Positions 38,075-52,630 of a stretch of 64,000 nucleotides of DNA are shown here, in pieces (position 1 is the stretch's first letter; every line of letters begins with the position of its first letter). The stretch comes from Podarcis melisellensis. Lineage: Eukaryota. The stretch lies in assembly GCA_964234715.1 (NCBI GenBank), contig OZ174283.1, one strand, 5' to 3'. A program made the position numbers and the translations under genes. Under the pieces are notes generated by a model. It was not told the DNA's origin. It saw only the letters and a program-made list of their open reading frames with translations, and did not search any database.

Positions 38075-38790
38075 GCTGTCATGCCAACCTAAGAAAGATA
38101 GCCTTGCATCAGTTATCCATGCCCTGGTAACCTCTCTTTTGAACTACCGTAATACATTGTATAGTGGTACCTCAGGTTACATACGCTTCAGGTTACATAC
38201 GCTTCAGGTTACAGACTCCGCTAACCCAGAAATATTACCTCAGGTTAAGTACTTTGCTTCAGGATGAGAACAGAAATCGTGCTCCAGCGGCGCGGCAGCA
38301 GCAGGAGGCCCCATTAGCTAAAGTGGTGCTTCAGGTTAAGAACAGTTTCAGGTTAAGTACGGACCTCCGGAACGAATTAAGTATTTAACCTGAGGTACCA
38401 CTGTATATGCCGTCATCTTTGAAAATGGTCAGGAAAATCTAGCTAATTGAGAACATGGCTGGGAAACTGATCCCGCAAACTGTGCTTTGCCAGGCTCCAA
38501 GTCCATTTCCAGGCCCTATTCAAGCCGCTTGTTTTACCTTAAAGCCGTTCACAGATTCAGACCAGATTATCTGAAGGACCACCCATCTCCACAAAGAGCC
38601 TCTTCCACAGCTTGCCTGACAACTACTTTATTGTCATTTTGGCACTGTTTCTCCAGACGTTTCCACCTGCCTTACCTTTCAGCTGTATTTAAGTCTCTGC
38701 GACTTGTGTTTCTTATGCTGCCATTTGCTTCTATTGTTTTATTGCTATTGAATTTTGAATTGTTTTATTTCTTGTTGCAAGCTGCCAAAC
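38075..38790 (+). mobile_element. Degenerate L2 LINE 3' region, interrupted by a MITE
   Basis: Reads VIHALVTS..NY.NTLY (L2 'IHALVTSRLDYCN.LY' motif); T-rich 3' UTR near 38700-38790. Confidence 0.65.
38162..38403. mobile_element. Tc1/mariner (Tigger-like) MITE nested in L2
   Basis: TA|TAGTGGTACCTCAGGTTA ... TAACCTGAGGTACCACTG|TA; internal repeats of GCTTCAGGTTA. Confidence 0.88.
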
Positions 38791-38962
38791 CCCTACCCCA
38801 CCCCCCTTTGCTGGTGTCACTGTGTTGAGCTTTCATAACTCTGCTGTAACAGCAACATGACCTGTGCTGCAATTGGATACTGCAGCTTTAGATGAATAAC
38901 TTCCGTACAGGTCTTCCAAGTGACATGTATCCTCAAAGCAGTCGGGTACTCAATCAGTAAAC

Positions 38963-39387
38963 CAGGGGTCGGCAAGGCTTACTGGGCATGGGCTGGATCA
39001 CTCCTGCGGAGATCCTCTGTGGGTCAGACCAGCGCAGCACGAGGCCAGAAATCGCGTCTGTGCATGTCCGCAGCACCGGAAATCACTTCTGCACATGCCC
39101 AGATGCCGAAAATCATGCCTGTGCAGAAGCAATTTTCGGCATCTGGGCATGCCCAGAAGTAATTTCTGGTGCCACAGACATGCACAGACACAATTTCCAG
39201 TGTCTGGGCATGTGCAGAAGCGATTTCCAGAGCTGCAGAAGAAAGTCCCCGCACCACGCTGGGCTGATTTAGCACACCGCGCGGGGACTCGCTGAGCAGG
39301 CGGCTCGGTTTGGGGGTGGCTCATGGGCTGGTTAAGCGACCCTCATGGGCCACTTCTGGCCCATGGGCCTTAGGTTGCCAACCTCTG
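38963..39387. mobile_element. hAT non-autonomous DNA transposon with an internal palindromic repeat array
   Basis: CAGGGGTCGGCAA ... TTGCCAACCTCTG; perfect 8-bp TSD CAGTAAAC at 38955-38962 and 39388-39395. Confidence 0.9.
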
Positions 39388-40443
39388 CAGTAAACATAAT
39401 ATAATGGCACTACACAATTATAGTCTAGTGTTAGTGCAAATGTCAAGTGAGAAGGATCTGTGGGGTACTAAGGCACTGAGACCAATAATAGCAGCCACAA
39501 TCCAAACTGGCCAGATTTTGGATTGACACTAAAAAGCCTCAAGAGCCATGCTGAAATCCAAAGAAAGAGGACTGGTCTTACCTCATTGTGCTTTTGGCTT
39601 AACTAGATCTGTGCCTAGCCACCATAGTCACTGGCAACCTACTAAGCAACCTCCCCCCACTTAGGTGGGGACCATCAGCAAGAGGTGACTCATTCGTCAT
39701 GCAAGACTGTTCATTCTACCAGGAAAGAGGACACATTGAGGGTAAAACCTTTGTGAGCCAGATGAGCTGTGAAAGCAGTTACAATAAAGATAGAGAAGCA
39801 AGAGAATGCAGCAATAATTGGGGAATCAAAACAGGCAATGATGATTCACGCCAGGAAAGGGAATGAAGTAGTGTGTCTTCGGTTCTGCTCATCTCTGCAC
39901 TGTGCAATGTCTATGCATTTGGAAGCAGCCTACCAAACATAGCTAGGGTGTCCCCATGAACTAGAATGCTGAGTGCTTCAGGTTCCAGCTCTCAGGGACA
40001 GCTTACCTGTGTTGGAAGGTGCTCCCAAACATGTGGACAGCATGGCGTGTGGGTGTGTCTAGAGTGGGGCTGTCCTGCCTCCTATGATTTTAGTATCAGG
40101 TGCTTTTAATGCTTAAGCAAAGTAAAGCTGAAGTGGATTTTATTTGGGGTCAGGGCCATGGGGATGGGCATAGTAGGAGCAGAATAAGGATGGATTATTG
40201 ATATTGAAGAAAGGATGGGAACAGCTGGTAATTTTGTTGTTTCTTTTTTTTACCATTTTATTCTGGGAACTGTATCAGAAATCAACTTTACAGTGGTGTT
40301 AGGCTACATGTACACTAATTTCAGTAGTTTAGTACTGCGTACAGATTGCTTTTTAAATATATATAGTTTTAACAAACCACAGGGATAAGACCTCCACCCC
40401 TTATATGGTCATCACTAATCTGGGGGTGGTTTAAAACAATGCA

Positions 40444-40695
40444 CAGTGGCACCTTGGTTTAAGAACAGCTTAGTTTATGAACAACTTGGATTAAGAATGC
40501 TGCAACCCCAGAAGTAGGTGTCTTGGTTTGTGAACTTTGCCTTGGAATAAGAAGATGTTTCGCTTCCTGTTGAGTGTGTTTTATTTGTAAATTGAGTCCC
40601 CCACTGCTATGGGAAAGCGTGCCTGGGTTTGAGAATGCTTTGATTTAAGAACGGACTTCCGGAACGGATTAAGTTTGTAAACCAAGGTACCACTG
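40444..40695. mobile_element. Tc1/mariner (Tigger-like) MITE
   Basis: CAGTGGCACCTTGGTTTA ... TAAACCAAGGTACCACTG|TA. Confidence 0.85.
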
Positions 40696-42063
40696 TATAT
40701 TATTCTTCCCATGCAAAGTTGTAGAAATGAAGCTGCAGACCCCAGTTAGCCTTCTCCAGCTCTGTTGAGTCCTCCATGGGTTGTGGAAGAGGCTAGATAG
40801 CTAGATACCATTGCAAACTCACCTGTGTGATAGTTCCTTTACTGCCGGAACAAACCTTGCCGATTCCTGTAATTATTATGCACACATTCTGCTGCAGCAG
40901 AGGGCTTTTTATGCCACCTTGGGGCAATTATTCATTGTTGTGGATTGAACTGAAGCCAGGATGTTGTGAAAGAGGTGAGGAGGGTTGGGGATTTCTCCAG
41001 GTGCCAGAAGCACTTGCCCCTAGAGGCAGTGATAATTGGAAGCCCTTCGGCATATTTAAGCAGCTCAAGGCACAGCTGGTTGCCTGATGTGTGGCAGAAA
41101 CTGCTGGCAGGTTATTAGATGTTATGGCAAGTCTTTGGCAGTGTTTCACAATAGAGCTGTGTACAAAATGACCTTGAAATTCTCCATCCTACTTGTGGGC
41201 AGAGAATTTGAGGGGATCATTTCACTGCCTTCCTCTGGGATGGTGGAGAAGAATTCTCTAACAATTTCGCAGAGCGTAGGGCTTGCTATTAACAATTGTA
41301 CAGTGTCTCTCTTTTTTCAGTGTTTTGTATTTGCTGCCACTATGAGTGGGACCAGCAGATCAGACCCCAAAGATCAGACTTTTTGCGATAAGGAAATACA
41401 CTGGAAACTGGGCTAATGCTTGATGCGGAGTCGGCTGTCCAACTCCCCCACAAACTAATCAGAACAAATGCTCAATAAATAGGTGACCTGGAAGAAATCT
41501 CCGTTGGCAGCCATTTTGCAGCCTGACCTAACATCATTCCAGGGCATTATTGTGGGGGAGGGGGAAAATTGTGTTTGCTGCCAAAAAAATTAAAAGGTGG
41601 CGTGTATTCAGAGAAAAAGAAGCAAAATGGCAGTCTTTTTCTGGAGGGGTGTATGAGAGAAAGTTTTTGGGATTTTTCTTTTTCTTCAGTTCAGCTCTAT
41701 TCAACACATGTTTGTAATGGTGTTTTAGTTGAGACAAAGTTCTAGTTAAATAATTTAAATATTCAAGGGTTCTGCCCCTCAGAGAGGGCCCTGTTAACAA
41801 CAATCTTACCCAACAGGGCTTTCTCTATATTATATAGAAGGACTGTGTTTGATTTACCATTTTTACCCATCTGAAAAGTGATGCCTCTGTTTAAGCCAGA
41901 AGATTCATGGGAATAATAAATAAAACAATTGCTCTCATTAGACTGTGTGTGTGTGTTGTTGTTTTCATACTCTTCTTAAATATATTGATGTGATTTGCCT
42001 GAGTCCCTTGTAATTCTTGGGTCCTAAATCCAGCAAGGGTTAAAATCTAATGGAGGATGCAAT

Positions 42064-42503
42064 TGTTGAAGTAGCCAGGCCAGCTTCTAGGTGAGTTAAT
42101 AGGCCTAAGCATAGATGTTAGTATAACAATGGAAGTGGCTTTGTGCCAGAAGCCAAATGGATGGGCCCCCTCCCTCACCTGGCTAGTAGTGAGAAAGACA
42201 AAAGCCAAGGACTTGTGTGTGAGAGCTGGAAGCAGGCTGCAGGCAGAAGCCAGAGAATGAGAGTCATGCTTCATTTCTGTTTGAACCCATGGCTGTGACT
42301 ATGGGAGAAGCAAGATCTTCTTTGGTGTTAATGCTGTGAGCCCCTCCATCTTAGGCTCAGGTTGCATATTTGTGTAAATAAACCATATACCATAAAGACA
42401 CCACAGTCTCCGCTGTCCCTCATTCCAAGGAAACCGAACCGTAGGTGAGCATTTGGAACCCCTGGAACCCCATACCGCTTGGAGATTGGAGTGATATGCA
42501 ACA
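42064..42503 (+). mobile_element. Candidate solo LTR
   Basis: 440 bp bounded by TGTTG...CAACA, with AATAAA at about 42377; no clean TSD. Confidence 0.4.
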
Positions 42504-43909
42504 ATGATTAGTTTAGCAGAGCATCTTGTTAACTCCTAAAGGTTGAAAAAGAAATATTGCTTAGGACCGTATGAAAAAAATAAAAGACTAAGGGGATGAT
42601 ACCTAAGCATCAGATTTACCTTCTGCTGAGGATAGTTTTAACACCTTTGAACAGGTGCTATTCCACCTTTGCCATAAATCCGCTGGGAAGGTAAATCTGC
42701 TTGAGCTTCTAGGCTGCAGGGGGTAGACATACCATTACTTTAATGTTATACTACACCTTCCAATTCAACTAGTGATTTGGATGGATCAGAAGAAACTAGA
42801 ACCTGAAAGCAATGCTCATGCCCTGCCTACCCAGTGGGGAGGCTGGAGCCAGCGTCAGAGCTGTTTCTGAGCCCAGAAGCTGTGGTGGTATTCAACCAAG
42901 TTATGCTCAGAGTAGACCCATTGAAATTAAGCAACATGACTAAGTTAGGGCCATTAATTCCAATGGGTCTGCTCTGTGTAAAACATAGTTAATTGCCACC
43001 ACATATGTTTAAAGCACTCTTACACCACTTTAACAGTGATGGAGACTCCTGTGAACTGTAGCTGGTTGTTAAGGGTACTGGGAATTGTAGGTCATTGAGG
43101 CTAGTACCCTGAACCAACTGTAATTACCAGGATTCTTTGTGTGCAGCTACCACTATGTGCACAACATCATGTGTACATTGGGCCGTGTACATGTGTGCTG
43201 GGTATTAATAACTCTCTCACCTGAAGAAGGACTGGAGGCTGTGTTTATCATTATGGCTGCTGGCTGTGAGCCTGAGTCTATTGCACATAGAGCATGATAA
43301 AAGTTAAATGCCTTCTCTGGGACATTCATTTCAGTCGGAGAGAGTTATGTAGGAGCTTAACTTTCTTTCACACGGCTGTTGAAATCAACAGGACTCCGAA
43401 GTGCTTCCCTTTGGCTAGATTATGGCCTCACAGTCTTCCAGGACTTCTTACCACATGAATTGGTCTTGGGCTTCACATTATCCACACCCCTCCCACCCCA
43501 GTACAGACCTTCTCATCCATTTTGAAAATATAAACCTTCCCTCTCTTTCACAAACCTTCACAGCAGCATATTCTTCATGTCCTTGTACAAGAAGACCAGC
43601 CTCTTGTTTGTGATGAGACAGATTCTTAACTGGATTGATGTGTAAGGAGTAAATTTGAGATCAGTAGGTGTAACAAGCAAGACTCCCTAATTTACAAAGA
43701 TGCTTTCAATGAATGAGTGTGGCTCAAGTCTCACAAGAGACATTAGGGAATGCAGGGCCTTCATGGTGCTGCTTTCCTATTCAAAGCACATCTCTCTGAT
43801 CATAAGTCATCTTTGAAGGAAATCAATGATCTTTGTTTCCTGACAGCGTTTCTTACTGTTCCCAGGAACTGCTTTCTTTCATTTCTCAAGAGGGCATTAA
43901 AAATGTTAA

Positions 43910-43912
<3 letters not shown>

Positions 43913-43951
<39 letters not shown>
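43913..43951. repeat. (CT)n microsatellite
   Basis: Direct observation. Confidence 0.95.
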
Positions 43952-43954
<3 letters not shown>

Positions 43955-45489
43955 GCTTGTTTATATATTACACGCTGTACGATTCACTTACAGAAAGATT
44001 TTGATGCCAAATTACAGCTTGGCTGCTGTGAAAACATCTCCTTTCACACCCTAGAAAACAAATGCTTCTCAGCCGCTCTGGGCAATTAATTGTTCTCAAA
44101 GATCCAGTGGAATAGAGGTGATCAAAATAAGATGGGTGAAGATTTCCTTGGCATTTGTGCCAATTTCTATGGTGACCACATAGATTGCAAACAATAAACA
44201 GCTTACAATGCTTTTCTAAGGGGAAAACAGACTGCCTGTGTTTGGTTTTGTCAATGTGACAAAAACCTAAACTGGAGATGGGAGACTTCTGTGTTTTCAC
44301 AATTCGCTAATTGCGATTTTAAAGCTTTCCTACTTCCTTGCTTTCCCCACTTCCAAGTACATTTTGAAGCAAAAAAGAAATGGTGAATCCAACTCCAAAC
44401 AAAAAACCCTTTCAGGAGAACAGAATATAGCTCACTGCTGCATTGCAGTAAGAGTGTAACCCCCCCCAAACATTTTTGTTCTTTGTATTTTCTTCAGTGC
44501 AAGACTACGCAGAGAAAGAAGTATTATGCGATTCATTGTCCAATGCTAAGAGCAGCTTGACTAAATAAACATGGTGAATTGCCCAGCAACATCTAGAGAT
44601 GTCATGGTAGCACACTGGTGCAAATGTTTAGCAAGAGATACAGGAAATGTAAAATGGACTTCACAAGGAATCTTGTGTTGGAATTCTGGTAGCCACAATC
44701 ATAGTTCATTTTTGTTGTATCCCTGGTTGTGGAAAGCAGATTCAGACTGAATTCTGGATTATAGAAATGCTTGCATTATAGGCAAATGTTCCCATTCAAA
44801 ATTCAAATGCCCGTACTGGAAACACTCCTGTAAGACATCCAGCAGAGTGCCTGATTTTTTGTGAATATGATTTTCTTTACTTTTCATTTTGGTGCTTTGT
44901 GCTTAAAGCAGCAGGGGTCTCAACCCGGGAACCCTGGCATCAGAGCTCAGGAGTAGCTCTCCATTTTACTGTGTTGGCTTGCCAGAAGAAGGAATTTATT
45001 TACTTTATTTCATACAAATTATATACCCCTTGATTGGAAAAAACAACAACAACCACCCCAGTAAAAGTGATCTTGCTCGTTTGGTTTCTGCTATACTCCA
45101 GCATCACCACCTATTGGCCTATATTTATGGTCATATAAAGCTTTTGACATTGGACAGCTCCTCAATATGAGTAACTTGTGAACAAACAGCTCTTAATATT
45201 GTCTGCCTGGTTATTCATGTATCTGATAAACTGCTTGTGAATTTGGTATATGTCCACCTACACTCCATAAACCCAGACGCCTTTCTCTCCCTCAGCACTG
45301 TGAATGAGCCCTGTCATTTTCAATTCCCTGAAGAGTAATTGACAAAACTCAGTCACCGAACGGTGGCAGGCCATTTAAGACAAGAAATTAAAAGATGTGT
45401 TCCCCTTCTTAAGGCTGGAGCATTTGAAAAAAAAGCTTGTGGTGGGGGGAGTGCAGATTGGTTATTTGCTACTGATTTAACTCGTTAGT

Positions 45490-45845
45490 AATCTATTACA
45501 CAAGCTAGTCTCTAGGTGGCTTGTGCAATCAAGTTTTAAAAAAACATACAAAATTGTTTAAAATGGCCACCAGAATTTAACAAATAAATACAAAAACACC
45601 AATCTTCACAAGGCGTGAGGAGAACCTTATCAGGAACCTCAACCCAGTTGGATCATATCCCATCAAATGCCTGGGAGAAGAGGAAAATCTTAACCTGGCA
45701 CCAAAAAGCTGTGTCGGTGCCAGGTAGGCCTCACTGGGGAGATCATTCCACAGGCAGCAGGCCTACAACAAAAAGGCCTTCTCCTTTGTTGCCACTCTCC
45801 AAGCCTCTCTCAGAGGGGTACCCAGAGAAGAGCCTCAGAGGGTGC
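45490..45845 (-). mobile_element. Degenerate L2 LINE 3' fragment
   Basis: AAATGCCTGGGAGAAGAGG...GGGAGATCATTCCACAGG...AAAAAGGCC pattern of an L2 reverse strand. Confidence 0.55.
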
Positions 45846-45922
45846 CATCCTTTCTCATAATGAAGTGTAGGGTGAGCTGCTGAGCAAAGAAAAGAACAGG
45901 TAACTTTCTTTGCCTGAACGTA

Positions 45923-46288
45923 CCCGTATTTTTCGCTCTATAACATGCACCCGACCATAACACGCACGTAGTTTTTAGAGGAGGAAAACAAGAAAAAAAA
46001 TATTCTAAACGAAATAGTGGATATGTGATTTTTGTGGTTCATGCTGTGGCCACAGACATGTGATCTGACAGTGAGTTTGGAGTAGCCCAATGAAAAAATC
46101 CTGAGGATCCATGTGGATCCATGCTTTGTAACCACAGAGGAGGGAAGGAAGGGGAACCATGGATCCTCTGCTCACGACTGCAGCAGATCCCCCCCGCCAC
46201 CCGCAGGCATTCGCTCCATAACACGCACAGACATTTCCCCTTACTTTCTAGGAGGAAAAAAGTGAGTGTTATGGTGCAAAAAATAGGG
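45923..46288. mobile_element. Tc1/mariner-type MITE
   Basis: TA|CCCGTATTTTTCGCTCTATAAC ... GTTATGGTGCAAAAAATAGGG|TA. Confidence 0.82.
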
Positions 46289-47312
46289 TACTTTAGAATC
46301 CAAGCCCAATTCTGAGTGATTCCCATCCCCCCAAGCCCTATCCTAAATGTTCAGGAAGGCCTTTCTGACTTTCAGAAAAGAGGTTTTCATGGAACACAAG
46401 ATCTGCTGAAGGTGGGAGGGGCAGAAAAAAACCCCTCTGTGTGGACTTCCTGTAATTAACTTGTGTCTGTATCCCAGTTACTGCCAGTCAGCTAAAAAAA
46501 TCTCAGCATGTGCTGTTCTTAAAAATCAAGACACGGCAATTACGCATTTGTGCAGCAGAATACTCATGTTCATTACATTTGTCCTGAAATAATGAAGACA
46601 ACATTAGCTTCAGTGCAAGCAGTTTCTTTGCAGCGAGGAAAATGCAGAAATTCTACATTCTGTGAACATAGGTTTGCAGTCCATAAATAGTGTTTGGCCA
46701 GGATAGCCACAGTCAGGATGGACAACATGAAACACCCCCATCATCCCCGACTGCTGGACTTGCTGTCCGAGGTTGATGCCCAACAATATCTGGAGAGCCA
46801 CAGGTAGTTGTTCACCTCTGGCCCAGGTAATTAATTGTTGGCAATTCTCTAAGTTCAGGCTTGAATGAATACTTAACACTTTAACATTGATTACAGTTGC
46901 TTGAGCAGTAGTCGACGCGCTGCCTTAGGTTAGGAAAACCTGTTGATACATTACAGTACATTTTTTAAAATTTATCTGTTGAGCAGAAGAATGACAAAGC
47001 CACAAGTTCTCCTATACTAGACTCACAGTTAACAATTCAGAAAAATTAGGCAGACACTGGCATCTTAAAGTGCAGCTCCTGTAAGATAAGCTGACAAGCA
47101 GAGGGCAGGAACACATCTTCTAAGAAGAGACAAAAAAAGCTGCATTAAAGAATCAATAGCTAGTTCACCCTTCCAAGAATGGGTTTCTGTTTTAGACTAA
47201 GCACATTCACGGAAGTATTTAGCCTACATCATAGGTCCTTTTGTATTTGAGATGTGATAAAATGACACTAACCCCTGGAGTAGCCAATTTGGTGCCCTCT
47301 ACAATTTGTTGA

Positions 47313-47666
47313 GGGACGCGGGTTGCGCTGCGGGTTAAACCACTGAGCCTAGGGCTTGCCAACCAGAAGGTTGGCGGTTTGAATCCCCGCGACGAGGTGA
47401 GCTCCCGTTGCTCGGTCCCTGCTCCTGTCAACCTAGCAGTTCAAAATCACGTCAAAGTGCAAGTAGATAAATAGGTACCACTCCGGTGGGAAGGTAAATG
47501 GCGTTTCCGTGCGCTACTCTGGTTCGCCAGAAGCGGCTTAGTCATGCTGGCCACATGACCCGGAACCTGTATGCTGGCTCCCTCGGCCAATAAAGCGAGA
47601 TGAGCGCCGCAACCCCAGAGTCGGCCACGACTCGACCTAATGGTCAGGGGTCCCTTTACCCTTTTA
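47313..47666 (+). mobile_element. Sauria SINE (Squam1), full length, nested in a hAT-type MITE
   Basis: GGGACGCGG..GCGCTG head, B box GGTTTGAATCCC, BovB-related tail ending CCCTTTACC. Confidence 0.93.
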
Positions 47667-50138
47667 ACTCCCATCAGGCCCATGGTCAATGATCAGGGAT
47701 GGAGGGAGTTGTAGGTCAACAACACATGGAGGAATACCACATTGGTTCTTCCTGCACAACCTATTTAAACCATAATCCAGTGATGTAGCTCCTCAAGCCT
47801 CTTATTTGTGGAGTTACCTTCACCCTGACAGGGAAAGGGTTCTTCTTGAGCTTTTAGCCTAAGACCACACTCCAGAGCCCTGCTAAGAGCCGACAATGAC
47901 ACATGGAAACGCAGGAAAGAACAGCACATATGGTGAGAAGTGTTCCTTTCTGTTTTTGCTTTGCCAAGACACTGCCAAAGAACCAAGCTGCTTGGTTCAG
48001 CCTGATGATCACTATGGTTATTTTGCATACATTTTAAAGCTTTAATTTAACTGTTACAGGTGGTACTTTTGTGCACGTCATTGCTATTTAATACCACTTT
48101 TTAGTTCCCACCCCCTGAATACATATACCTTACAACTGAGGATAACGCCATGCACCTGATGTAGAGCAGCCTCCCACAATGTTGTGCTTTCCAGATGTTT
48201 TGGACAACAACTCCCATAAACCCTGCTCCTGTTCCAGGTGCTGTCTGGGGCTGAGGGGAGTTTGCAGTTCAAAACTTCTGGAGGGCAACAGGTTCAATTG
48301 GCTGAGGTAAATTCTTGTGCACAGATGATTAAATTGGTTAAATCTTTAAAATGCTAGGAGACCCTTTGTTGTCTTAACCTGCTGCCATTTAGTTTATATA
48401 GTGCTGCACAAAATAAATATAAGCTGCATGTGCCATTTGCTCCTTTTCACGTATTAATCTTGGTTTTTAGTTGCAAGCTCTCCAGGGCAGGAACTTTATC
48501 TAGTCTGAGGTTTGCATGACTCATTGCCTGTGCATATCAAATACTGAACACAGTAAGACTGTTAAGAAAAGGATTGCCTTTAAAAATAATAGGCAATAAG
48601 CAGCATCTACACTCCTTTTGAAATTTAATTTTGCTGTTACAGTATACTGCATTTAACAGTGCAATCCTACACATGCCTACTCAGAGGTTCCACTGAGTAC
48701 AAAGGGATTTACTCTCATGCTAAGTGTGTATAGGCCTGTAGTCTGTTACTGATGCACAACTATTCCAAAGCTAAAATGCTAATTTATGGAATTCCTCCCC
48801 CCAATTCCCCCCTCCCCAAATAACATCATCTTGAAGGAATATAGAAGCTATGAAATTCCACAAAGTAAAATGGGAAGTCTGCAGTTCAGCACTCAGTATA
48901 TCCACATCCGAACCTCACAGACATGTAAATAGATGAAAGACAGGGCTTAATCTTTGGACAAGCTTAATTCTTGGACCATTTGCTATGGAAAAGTCACATG
49001 GATTTAAATATGGTGACTCCAGGTTAAGTAGCTATAGTCTAATGTATAGGTCTTGTGAATAGCTGCACACAAGGAGCGTGTTCTAAGTGAATGAATGGAA
49101 GGAAGAAAAGCTGAAAGCAGAGAGGGAAAGGAGAATGTTTGAGTTAATTTACTTCTCTTTCTAACTCATCCGAGCTTTTCTTGGGGCAAAGGCTCTGCTT
49201 AGATCTATAAATTCCTGAGTAGTGACAGCAATCAAATAGGCATCTAAGTGCTAAGACTGTACATGCAACTTGTGGCAGCTTAAGAAATCTTTTTTAACAA
49301 AAGCCCCATCTAGACATTTGCATGGCATACTAAATAAATACATGAGGGGGATGTGCTAGCATACCCACATTGCTATTCTTGGCATCCTCCACAAGTTGAG
49401 AGTTGGCTGCCCTGTACTCTCAGTGTTCTAAAATGTACAGGGAGAATTCACAAGTACAAGAGGGCAGTCTCAACTCATCACACGGAGAGTGACCAGAACA
49501 ATGGGAGGTGGAGCTAGTATACTCATCCACATGGACTTTTCGCCTTTGCATCTGATCCAGTAGTGTTGGATCCAGTAGGTCTCTTCTGAGATTCCTAAAA
49601 GGAGCCTCAGTGAGGTCAGAAGACATTTCATGTGAGCATTTAATGTACTGCTATCTTTTCCTTAGCACAGGCTGTCTATTAAAGTATATACATAATGACT
49701 CTCTGGCTATGCAAGAGTTGATCTTGTAGGAAAACTATATGCTTCTTGGTGACACCAGGGAAGTAGAATCTGCTGGAGCTATGCTAAGATGACCATCTGT
49801 GCCACAGCGATTGGCGCCTGTGGACCTACATTATAACTAATAAGATATAAACCAGATCACTATGATTGTTACATCCTGCATCCTTCAATATGTTCACATA
49901 ATTTATGCAGTGAAGTTATCCTTCAGCTCAAGACTTGTCCAATACCAGGCTGCCCATAAATGCCAGTGTAGATTTACATTCATTGACTTCACAGAGGTCG
50001 AATGGCTTCTTTCCAAACATCTGAGCAAATAATTGAATTCCCCTCCAAATCATAGATTTGCAAGTGCTGTTCCCATGCTACACAGTGACCTGCATTCACA
50101 TTTCATTACAATTCAACCGTATTGTGCATAGGTTAGGG

Positions 50139-50261
50139 CAGCCTCCCTCAACCTGATGTTGTTGGACTACAACTCCCATCACCCCTAGCAAGGCCAGAGC
50201 TCAGGGATGATGGGAGTTGCAGTCCAACAACATCTGGGGAGCCACAGGTTGAGAACCGCTG
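50139..50261. mobile_element. Palindromic hAT-type MITE in the presumed MFAP3L 3' UTR
   Basis: GATGTTGTTGGACTACAACTCCCATCA ... TGATGGGAGTTGCAGTCCAACAACATC hairpin; CAG...CTG termini. Confidence 0.75.
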
Positions 50262-51700
50262 CGTCTAAGTCCCTACATGACAAACATCACCTGTAGAACT
50301 TCCTCTCTTACACAAGGGGCCAAGTTCTCCTTTGCACATGGCCATCATAGCTGGGGGAGTGGGCAACTGTGCTCCAGACTGCACTCGTTGTTTGTATAAA
50401 GCTTTCTAGCTGGAGACAAATAGCCCTCTTCCAACGGAAACAAGTGGCTTAGTGTACCCTCCCCATGGAGCAACATTTGTTGGGCTCTTTCTTCCAAAGG
50501 AGCAAAAGAAGGAGGACATTTCCCCCGCTCCACCCTCCCCCACTCCACATGCTCTAAATACAAATTGCCTGCTTTCAAATGAAATAAATTCATCTGACCT
50601 TCTTCTTGCTTGCTACAAAGCGCTAGTAAATGGCAGCCCACATAGATTTTCATTTGGCTAGGGAAATGCTCCCTCTTGAACAGCATTACAAAATCATGGG
50701 AGCAAAGTCACAAGAGACACGTAAGGGAGCAAGTCACAGAGAAGAAAGAGGCAAGGCAGGCGGGGGGCGGGGGTGGGGAGAACCTCTTTGCTTTGTTACA
50801 TAAACTGAGAAACATTTCAATAGTAGAACAAAACAATAGTTCCGTTGACTTCAGGAGCCCTGCTCCGAAGTCAAAGATCTTCGGGGATCCAGACTTATAA
50901 GTCCTGTTTCCAAGCACTATACATGGATTACAAGTACCCATCACAAGCTGACCCAAACAATTCTGAGGTAAATATTTTGTGATTTTTTTTAAAAAAATCT
51001 CCTGAACATTAAAATGCAATTCATATTAGTGTAATAGCAATTATTCCTTCACAAACCTCCTGACTAAACTAAGGGCCGAGCCAGACTTTCATAGCACAAT
51101 TAGCAGGTTTCCTCTTTCTGCATCAGATGTGTGGTGGGACCAGATTTTTTTCAGCAATGGAAACTTTTGCTGCTAAATGCTGCACATGCCGAGTGTAGGG
51201 AAGAGGTTCATTGGGGTTGTGGCTAGAGAGAAAAGGTTAAATCTCCTGGGTTCCACAAACCCCCAGACTCCCAACCCAAGTCGAAAAGTGGAGAATCCCA
51301 TGTGTGGTATTTAAATTTAAAAACAAAACACCACCAGGTGTGATTGCTAGTCATGCTAAGTGGGTACATACCATACATTTAAAATAACCCCCTCCAAGAA
51401 TCCAGAGAACTGTAGTTTGTTTAGGGCGCAGGGAATTGTAGCTATGAGGGATAAATTTCACTTCCCAGCATTCTTTTTTTGGAGGGGGTGGGGGAGATGC
51501 ACTTTAAATGTATGGCGTGTATTCAGCCGTAACGTCTGGTTCGACCCTCAGGAAGAAAGGCCCCAGTAATCCATACATGCAGGCTTTTGCTATGATAGTC
51601 TTTAGGTAAGGCTTATTGGCAAAAACATTATCCTTTTTGTTTTTGTTTTTAAAGAGTGCTCCACCTAATATTCTTGCTATGCATAGATTTGAAGATTGTG

Positions 51701-52630
<930 letters not shown>

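Noticed and set aside
38990-39300. CRISPR-like repeat array
   Set aside because: Eukaryotic context, degenerate units without unique spacers, located inside a hAT element.
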